This document shows, piece after piece, positions 38,989 to 45,334 of a stretch of DNA of 45,334 bases (positions within the stretch are counted from its first letter, which is position 1; each line of letters begins with the position of its first letter). Made by a program: the position numbers and the translations under genes. Where the stretch lies: IMG/VR virus record IMGVR_UViG_2663763534_000006; one strand, 5' to 3'. The stretch comes from a virus. Lineage: Duplodnaviria; Heunggongvirae; Uroviricota; Caudoviricetes. The notes under the pieces were generated by a model. That model made no database searches and had not been told where the DNA came from. It worked only from the letters and a program-made list of their open reading frames with translations.

Positions 38989-41373
38989 GTGGATATGGCA
39001 GCAGTAAAAATCTCAGGTGTGCTGAAAGATGGTGCGGGAAAACCAATACAGAACTGCACTATTCAACTGAAGGCAAAGCGTAACAGCACCACGGTACTGG
39101 TGAACACGGTGGCTTCTGAAAATCCGGATGAAGCCGGACGTTACAGCATGGATGTTGAGTATGGCCAGTACAGCGTCACCCTGCTGGTTGAAGGTTTTCC
39201 GCCTTCACATGCCGGGACCATTACCGTCTATGAAGGTTCCAGACCAGGTACGCTGAATGATTTTCTCGGTGCCATGACGGAAGATGATGTCATGCCGGAG
39301 GCATTGCGCCGTTTTGAGGAAATGGTGGAAGAAGCGGCACGCAACGCCGAAGCCGCCTCTCAGAGCGCAGCGGCGGCAAAGAAATCCGAAACTGCAGCGG
39401 CATCATCGAAGAACGCGGCGAAAACCTCAGAAACGAATGCAGCTAACAGCGCACAGGCGGCAGCGACCTCACAGACTGCATCGGCAAACTCCGCGACAGC
39501 AGCCAAAAAATCAGAAACCAACGCGAAAAACAGCGAGACAGCCGCAAAGACGAGCGAAACCAACGCAAAGTCCAGCCAGACGGCAGCGAAGACCAGCGAA
39601 ACGAATGCCAAAGCCAGTGAAACTGCGGCAAAAAACAGCCAGGTTGCAGCAGCCCAAAGCGAGAGCGCGGCAGCTGGTTCTGCGACTTCAGCAGCTGGAT
39701 CAGCAACTGCTGCGGCTAACAGCCAGAAAGCTGCGAAGACGAGTGAAACTAACGCAAAGTCCAGCCAGACGGCAGCGAAGACCAGCGAAACGAATGCCAA
39801 AGCCAGTGAAACTGCGGCGAAAAACAGTCAGGATGCTGCAGCCCAAAGCGAGAGTGCCGCAGCTGGTTCTGCAAGTGCGGCGGCTTCTTCTGCCACTGCA
39901 TCAGCCAACAGTCAAAAAGCTGCAAAAACCAGTGAAACCAACGCAAAGGCGAGCGAGACTGCGGCGGCTAACTCGGCGAAAGCATCCGCTGCAAGCCAGA
40001 CGGCTGCAAAAGCAAGTGAAGACGCAGCCAGAGAGTATGCAAGCCAGGCTGCGGAGCCGTATAAACAAGTTTTGCAGCCGCTTCCCGATGTGTGGATACC
40101 GTTTAACGATTCACTGGATATGATTACGGGCTTTTCGCCATCATATAAAAAGATTGTTATTGGCGACGACGAAATAACGATGCCTGGTGACAAGGTTGTT
40201 AAGTTTAAACGCGCATCGAAAGCAACCTATATTAATAAATCTGGTGTACTGACAGAGGCTGCCATTGACGAGCCGCGATTTGAACGTGATGGCCTGCTTA
40301 TTGAGGGGCAAAGAACTAATCTTCTGCTTAATTCAACAAATCCATCTAAATGGAATAAGTCAGGCAATCTGGAACTCACAGAAATATCCACGGATTCTTT
40401 TAATTTTACTTATGGGAGATTTACTGTAAAAGATACTCTTATTGATCAGACAAGTGCGATTAATATCGTAACGGTTTCTGGCAGTAAAGGATTTGATGTC
40501 ACAGGTGATGAAAAATATGTGACCATTTCATGCCGTGTCAGAAGTGATGTTGAAAATATAAGGTGTCGTTTAAGATTTGAACATCATGATGGTTCTACTT
40601 ACACTTTTTTGGGAGATGCTTACCTCAATTTATCAACACTTGTAATTGATAAGACTGGTGGTGCAGCAAATCGTATTATTGCAAAGGCTGTAAAAGATGA
40701 GGCTACTGGTTGGATTTTCTATCAGGCTACAATTAATGCACTAGATACAGAGAGCATGATTGGTGCGATGGTTCAATATGCTCCAGTAAAAGGTTCAGGC
40801 ACAGCATCTGGAGACTATCTGGATATCGCAACTCCACAAGTGGAAGGTGGATCAAGTGCTTCGTCATTTATTGTAACTGATATAATTGCAAGCACTCGCG
40901 CAAGCGATATGGTGACAGTCCCAATCAAGAATAACCTTTATAATCTTCCTTTTACAGTTCTTTGTGAGGTACATAAGAACTGGTATAAAACGCCAAATGC
41001 AGCACCGCGTGTTTTTGATACCGGCGGTCATCAAACCGGAGCGGCTATTATTCTTGGCTTCGGTCGTTCAACAGATTACGACGGATTTCCTTATTGCGAT
41101 ATAGGTTTGGCTAACAGACGGGTAAACGAAAACGCATCGCTTGAAAAAATGGTTATGGGGATGCGTGTAAAGTCAGATCAGTCTACGTGCTCAGTAAGTA
41201 ACGGGCGTATATCCAGCGAAAAGAAAGCCACATGGTCCTATATTCAGAACACCGCAATTATCCGTATTGGAGGCCAGACTACAGCCGGGTTGCGTCATTT
41301 ATTTGGTCATGTCAGGAATTTCAGAATATGGCACAAGGCATTGACTGATGCTCAGGTGGGGGAGTCAATCTAA
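38989..41373 (+). CDS. stf: Side tail fibre with divergent C-terminal distal domain
   Basis: 794-aa ORF; N-terminus (MAVKISGVLKDGAGKPIQNCTIQLKAKRNSTTV...) matches lambda Stf, followed by an Ala/Ser/Thr/Lys-rich repeat shaft and an AT-rich C-terminal about 400 aa unlike lambda Stf. Confidence 0.85.
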   Translation: MDMAAVKISGVLKDGAGKPIQNCTIQLKAKRNSTTVLVNTVASENPDEAGRYSMDVEYGQYSVTLLVEGFPPSHAGTITVYEGSRPGTLNDFLGAMTEDDVMPEALRRFEEMVEEAARNAEAASQSAAAAKKSETAAASSKNAAKTSETNAANSAQAAATSQTASANSATAAKKSETNAKNSETAAKTSETNAKSSQTAAKTSETNAKASETAAKNSQVAAAQSESAAAGSATSAAGSATAAANSQKAAKTSETNAKSSQTAAKTSETNAKASETAAKNSQDAAAQSESAAAGSASAAASSATASANSQKAAKTSETNAKASETAAANSAKASAASQTAAKASEDAAREYASQAAEPYKQVLQPLPDVWIPFNDSLDMITGFSPSYKKIVIGDDEITMPGDKVVKFKRASKATYINKSGVLTEAAIDEPRFERDGLLIEGQRTNLLLNSTNPSKWNKSGNLELTEISTDSFNFTYGRFTVKDTLIDQTSAINIVTVSGSKGFDVTGDEKYVTISCRVRSDVENIRCRLRFEHHDGSTYTFLGDAYLNLSTLVIDKTGGAANRIIAKAVKDEATGWIFYQATINALDTESMIGAMVQYAPVKGSGTASGDYLDIATPQVEGGSSASSFIVTDIIASTRASDMVTVPIKNNLYNLPFTVLCEVHKNWYKTPNAAPRVFDTGGHQTGAAIILGFGRSTDYDGFPYCDIGLANRRVNENASLEKMVMGMRVKSDQSTCSVSNGRISSEKKATWSYIQNTAIIRIGGQTTAGLRHLFGHVRNFRIWHKALTDAQVGESI
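39540..39960 (+). repeat. Tandem direct repeat (about 189-bp unit, 2 or more copies) within the stf shaft
   Basis: Near-identical DNA segments beginning about 39544 and 39734; the protein motif KTSETNAKSSQTAAKTSETNAKASETAAKNSQ.AAAQSESAAAGSA occurs twice. Confidence 0.6.
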
Positions 41374-41654
41374 TGAAAGATTTAACACTCAAATTTGCCG
41401 ACAGGGCCGACTTTTCGGCCTTTATGGAGAGTGCCGGCTATTATGATGACGAGTCGATGCAGGATGATATTCTTATTGACGTGATAGGTAACGTGTACAA
41501 AGAAACCGGAGAACTTACCGAAGATGGCGAGCCGGTATGTGTTAAGGAAGACGGATATTTTGTAAACGTGCGCATCATTAATGATGCAAAAAAATCGTCA
41601 ATATTCGATGAATACGTGGTTGCTGTTGAGCATCAACTTCGTGGCTGGATGTGA
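41373..41654 (+). CDS. Hypothetical small acidic protein after stf (possible fibre assembly/accessory protein)
   Basis: 93-aa ORF overlapping the stf stop; not obviously lambda Tfa-like; position suggests a fibre accessory role. Confidence 0.45.
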   Translation: MKDLTLKFADRADFSAFMESAGYYDDESMQDDILIDVIGNVYKETGELTEDGEPVCVKEDGYFVNVRIINDAKKSSIFDEYVVAVEHQLRGWM

Positions 41655-41663
41655 GGAAGAAAA

Positions 41664-42704
41664 ATGGCTACATCGACAGTAATTCCTGAAGACATCAAAA
41701 CGCTAAAATCCGACGTTAGCAAATTAAAAAACGATCAAGGAAGCTACGCAACAAAATCATATGTAGACAATAAAACAACATGGAATAGTTATTGCAATGT
41801 AATCTATGATCAAAAGACATTGCCGACCACTGGAACTATATTTAGCGGTAAGATTCACTTGTCAAATAAGACAGGAGAAACCGAAAACGCTTATAGTGAG
41901 ATGTACACTAGAAAAAATATTGACGGTACAAAAGATACAATGACAAGGATTGTCACACACAATGGAACAAAAGGTATCTTTTGGGATTTTAGCGATCTTT
42001 ACGGTGGAACATTAATTTTTCCAGGCAGTGATGGTTACCTTAAGATGGGGAACTGTCTCATGTCGTATGGTGTGCGGGGAAGTAACGCGCTTATTAAGTT
42101 TGACTGCACAGACACATTACAAATCAAATATGCCAATCATGGGTCAACCATGACAATCAACACACAGGGAACCGCTCATTCTGGCGCTACTACTAGTTTG
42201 TGGGGTAACTCTACCCGTCCGGTTGTATATGAAGTTGGTGCTGATGGTGGCGCTTATATGTTCTATGCGCAGAAAAATACCGATAACACCTATATGTTAA
42301 GCGTTAATGGTGCATGTCATGCCACCGCATTTAACCAGCATTCCGACCGGGATCTGAAAGACAACATTCAGGTGATCGATAATGCAACCGACCGCATCCG
42401 TAAAATGAACGGCTATACATACACGCTTAAAGAAAACGGTATGCCCTATGCTGGTGTCATTGCACAGGAAGCTCTGGAAGCAATCCCAGAAGTTGTAGGT
42501 TCCGCAATGAAATATCAGGACGGTGCAAGCGGATCGGAAGGTGAAGAAGGTGAACGTTATTACACAGTAGATTATTCTGGTGTTACTGGCTTGCTTGTTC
42601 AGGTAGCCAGAGAGTCAGACGACAGAATAACAGCACTGGAAGAAGAAAACGCAGAATTAAGACAAAGATTATCTGCAATTGAGGCGGCGCTTGCGTCTAA
42701 ATAA
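41664..42704 (+). CDS. Tail fibre/tailspike-like protein with C-terminal intramolecular chaperone (S74-like) domain
   Basis: 346-aa ORF; C-terminal region (HSDRDLKDNIQVIDNATDRIRKMNGYTYTLKE ... coiled-coil ITALEEENAELRQRLSAIEAALASK) resembles the auto-cleaving chaperone domain of endosialidase and L-shaped tail fibres. Confidence 0.65.
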   Translation: MATSTVIPEDIKTLKSDVSKLKNDQGSYATKSYVDNKTTWNSYCNVIYDQKTLPTTGTIFSGKIHLSNKTGETENAYSEMYTRKNIDGTKDTMTRIVTHNGTKGIFWDFSDLYGGTLIFPGSDGYLKMGNCLMSYGVRGSNALIKFDCTDTLQIKYANHGSTMTINTQGTAHSGATTSLWGNSTRPVVYEVGADGGAYMFYAQKNTDNTYMLSVNGACHATAFNQHSDRDLKDNIQVIDNATDRIRKMNGYTYTLKENGMPYAGVIAQEALEAIPEVVGSAMKYQDGASGSEGEEGERYYTVDYSGVTGLLVQVARESDDRITALEEENAELRQRLSAIEAALASK

Positions 42705-42710
42705 TATTAA

Positions 42711-42732
42711 GGGGCCGAGCGCCCCGTTTTAT
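42711..42732 (+). terminator. Intrinsic terminator after the fibre gene
   Basis: Hairpin GGGGCcgagcGCCCC followed by GTTTTATT. Confidence 0.45.
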
Positions 42733-42740
42733 TGGGTAGG

Positions 42741-43040
42741 ATGAAAATGGATATAACACCTTTCCTTCATGCGCTTTGTGCTGTGGCTGCGCAGCTACTG
42801 ATTGGTCTTTTTACCGGGAACTGGGCTTACGGGGCGATAGCCGGTTGTACGTTCTTCATTGCGCGGGAACACACCCAGGCAGAATATCGCTGGATTGAAA
42901 TGTTCGGGCATGGCAAGCGAATGAATATGCCGTGGTGGGGCGGTTTTGATCCGCGCGCGTGGGATGTGGCAAGCCTTATGGATTTTGCTGTACCGATGGT
43001 GGCGTGTCTGCTGGTCTGGCTGTTGGTTTATCGAGGGTGA
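42741..43040 (+). CDS. Small hydrophobic membrane protein
   Basis: About 99-aa ORF from the ATG giving MKMDITPFLHALCAVAAQLLIGLF...; two or three predicted TM segments. Confidence 0.5.
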   Translation: MKMDITPFLHALCAVAAQLLIGLFTGNWAYGAIAGCTFFIAREHTQAEYRWIEMFGHGKRMNMPWWGGFDPRAWDVASLMDFAVPMVACLLVWLLVYRG

Positions 43041-43173
43041 AAAAAGGTGAGCTGTATATGCAACGGAGGAAGAAACCCCGTTGCTGGAAGCCTGGAAAAA
43101 GTATCGGGTGTTGTTGAATCGTGTTGATACATCACTATCTCCAGATATCGAGTGGCCAAGTCAACCATAAATC

Positions 43174-43200
43174 AATATCCCCTGCGATGCAGGGGATATT
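43174..43200. repeat. Perfect 12-bp inverted repeat with 3-nt spacer, downstream of sopB
   Basis: AATATCCCCTGC gat GCAGGGGATATT, followed on the plus strand by TCTTAATT; candidate bidirectional terminator or partition-protein binding site. Confidence 0.5.
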
Positions 43201-43202
43201 TC

Positions 43203-44168
43203 TTAATTATCAGTAGATTGTTCCTCTAGTAACAACTCAATTCTGCTTAGTATTTCTTTAGATATTTTTCGGCTATCAATTTTTATAGTTACAAAATTAC
43301 CTTTATATCTAGCCGTGATCCCTTCCCCATATTTTTTCTCGTCTTTTGTTTTTTCCTCGTCGCCAACCAGAACAGAGTCAGATAATATTTGTATAATCCG
43401 TGAAGCTTCTAAATCCTCGCCGTTTTTTTTAATTGCCAGAAGATGATGAGCAGCATTGCTCATGGCAGCCATGTTTTTTTTGTAGACCTTAAACAAAGAA
43501 TCTCCAGCACGAGCTGACAGTTCTCCTGGATGATTGAAGATAGCTAATATATCTTTTGGTAGACCAGCTGTATTAATACAGCGAGTGATAATATTTCTGT
43601 CTATATTTTCAGCCTCGGCTAATGCTTTAACGTTACCATCAAAGTCATTTAGCTTGCGTAAGTATCTCTTTCCTCTTTCGTATGCACTAATAGGCCTATA
43701 ATCGTTACCAATTTGGGATAACCAATGCATCTGTTCATCGTCGAGATCACCTATTAAGACGCGATAGTCACATCCTGTTAATATCGCTGCTTTTCTTCTA
43801 CGTGAGCCGTCAGCGACTTCAACGACTCCAGACACTTTTCTGGCGAAAGCTGGATTTTGTTGTCCAGACGTTAGAAAAGATGGGATTAAATCGGCTAGAG
43901 AGGATTCATTTAATAAATCTTGATCGCGTTCATTACCTAGCCATACCATTGTTGCCATTTCAACTTTATCTGCGGGAATTGTCTCTAACTTAAAGTTAAC
44001 ATTACGTCCGCATACTGGCAAAGTTATGCTGTTACCGGTTAATGAACTCAGTTGACGTTTTAAATCACCAACCATAGGTGATACGGGCTGATGTTCAGGG
44101 GCATGATGATTATTACTCATAATGCGATTAATATCTGGAGCATTTTTTAGAAGAGAGCGCTGTTTCAT
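43203..44168 (-). CDS. sopB: ParB-type partition protein (F-plasmid SopB-like)
   Basis: 321-aa ORF with ITLPVCGR...WLGNERDQ...SGVVEVADGSRRRKAA...ITRCINTA segments matching F SopB by recall; co-directional with and downstream of sopA. Confidence 0.85.
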   Translation of the reverse strand: MKQRSLLKNAPDINRIMSNNHHAPEHQPVSPMVGDLKRQLSSLTGNSITLPVCGRNVNFKLETIPADKVEMATMVWLGNERDQDLLNESSLADLIPSFLTSGQQNPAFARKVSGVVEVADGSRRRKAAILTGCDYRVLIGDLDDEQMHWLSQIGNDYRPISAYERGKRYLRKLNDFDGNVKALAEAENIDRNIITRCINTAGLPKDILAIFNHPGELSARAGDSLFKVYKKNMAAMSNAAHHLLAIKKNGEDLEASRIIQILSDSVLVGDEEKTKDEKKYGEGITARYKGNFVTIKIDSRKISKEILSRIELLLEEQSTDN

Positions 44169-45334
44169 TATTCGTTCTCCCAGCGAGGTTTTATTAGATC
44201 ATCAAAAATTTCTCGGCAAACAGGGTCCCATATAGAAACAGCATTTCTCCATGCATTCAATGTTGAACGTTGGTTTGCTGCTTGTTCAAATACTGTTCTC
44301 ATTTTTATCTGGCCTTTACCTACTTCATCGGTAACGCGTACAACCTGACGTAATACCATTGATCCCCATGTATTTCTTATTTGTTCTTCCATCCATCGTG
44401 ATTGATTCCCTGTAGTGAGACTATATTTAGTCAGAAGTAAGCGAACGGTTGGCTCAAATCCACCTAGGTCAACGCTTTCCAATAGATCGAGAAGCATTGT
44501 GAAAAACTGTAGAACAGAAGCGTAATCAAATAATTCTGCAGGTGTAGCAACAACAATAACGTCAGCGGCACAAACAACGTTAATGGTTCCTGTACCGAGG
44601 TTCGGAGCACTATCTATAACGATAACATCGTAGTTATCCCAAACTGATTCAATAGCTGCGCGCAGCATAAGGTGTGGAGGATGAGGCAATTTACCCTGAG
44701 CATGATATTGCATGAGATCTGTTTCTATACGATGTAAAGCTAGGCAGCTAGGGATAATGTCTAGCCCAGGCCAACATGTTGGCTTTATAGCATATTCAGC
44801 GTTATCGCGTTCTCCTAAGTAAAATGGCAGTAAAGTATCCTCGGCATGGATATGTAAATCAGGAACATAACCGTGATACATAGAGGCCGTGCCTTGAGGA
44901 TCGTTACCTTCAACCAAAAGAACACGATGACCTTGTAATGCTAACCATTGAGCTTGATGTACCGCAGACGATGTTTTATAAACACCGCCTTTGTGTGACA
45001 TAACGGCAAGCACAACAGGGTTTTTATCTTGTGGTCGTTGGTTTGGGTTGCCAAAAACTGCTCGCATACTGTTGATTTGATCTATGGTATAACCAGCACG
45101 ACGTTCAATTCTTCCTCTCATTTCAAAGTCAGGTGCAGGTAAACGCCCGCTCTTCTCAGCATCTCTAATTGCTTGAGGAGTTACACCAATTAAATCTGCT
45201 ACTTCAGTTATACCCCATCGGCGGGTGATACGCCGAGCTTCAGGACTATCATCACCGAATTGAGCGATAGCAATTGCTTGGGTCATTTCTTGACCTCTCG
45301 TAACACAATCTTGCAATAACTTTTTCAAAGACAT
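44168..45334 (-). CDS. sopA: ParA-type partition ATPase (F-plasmid SopA-like)
   Basis: 388-aa ORF with deviant Walker A KGGVYKTS and long F SopA-like stretches (LLVEGNDPQGTASMYHG, IKPTCWPGLDIIPSCLALHRIET, YDVIVIDSAPNLG); start codon is the last 3 nt of the window. Confidence 0.9.
   Translation of the reverse strand: MSLKKLLQDCVTRGQEMTQAIAIAQFGDDSPEARRITRRWGITEVADLIGVTPQAIRDAEKSGRLPAPDFEMRGRIERRAGYTIDQINSMRAVFGNPNQRPQDKNPVVLAVMSHKGGVYKTSSAVHQAQWLALQGHRVLLVEGNDPQGTASMYHGYVPDLHIHAEDTLLPFYLGERDNAEYAIKPTCWPGLDIIPSCLALHRIETDLMQYHAQGKLPHPPHLMLRAAIESVWDNYDVIVIDSAPNLGTGTINVVCAADVIVVATPAELFDYASVLQFFTMLLDLLESVDLGGFEPTVRLLLTKYSLTTGNQSRWMEEQIRNTWGSMVLRQVVRVTDEVGKGQIKMRTVFEQAANQRSTLNAWRNAVSIWDPVCREIFDDLIKPRWENE

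Noticed and set aside
39360-39960. Possible CRISPR-like array suggested by periodic repeats
   Set aside because: The repeats are protein-coding tandem duplications within stf (about 189-bp units with no unique spacers), not short repeats separated by spacers.
39284-40123. 279-aa alternative-frame ORF rich in Arg/Gln/Pro within the stf repeat region
   Set aside because: Out-of-frame reading of the Ala/Ser/Thr/Lys repeat shaft; the stf frame is continuous and lambda-like at its N-terminus.
1-45334. attL/attR core repeats bounding the prophage
   Set aside because: The window begins at the int stop codon and ends at the sopA start codon, so there is no flanking host sequence in which to find duplicated att cores.

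Overview
The window is a near-complete lambdoid prophage of the lambda type, in integrated gene order. From left to right: int/xis, lambda-like red genes (exo, bet, gam) with kil/cIII/ea10/ral/sieB, an N-like antiterminator with nut sites, an immunity region (cI, cro, cII), O (with ori iterons), P, ren, a nin region (ninB, N6-adenine methyltransferase, ninE, rusA), a Q antiterminator, a reverse-strand OmpC/NmpC-family porin, a phage-21-type lysis cassette (S, R, Rz/Rz1), bor, the cos site, and a lambda-like head and tail block from Nu1 to J, lom and stf. Gene calls are by recall of lambda and E. coli prophage proteins from the supplied translations, not by database search. The main hunt result is an uncharacterised, AT-rich two-gene cassette (7470..8776) immediately downstream of cI in the slot lambda uses for rexA-rexB, ending in an intrinsic terminator. 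The second is an F-plasmid-like sopA-sopB partition module at the right end, preceded by a low-GC accessory block (divergent stf tip, a second fibre with a C-terminal chaperone-like domain, a small membrane protein). Four runs of N interrupt U/V and H. No att sites, tRNA genes or CRISPR arrays were recognised; the window starts at the int stop codon and ends at the sopA start codon.
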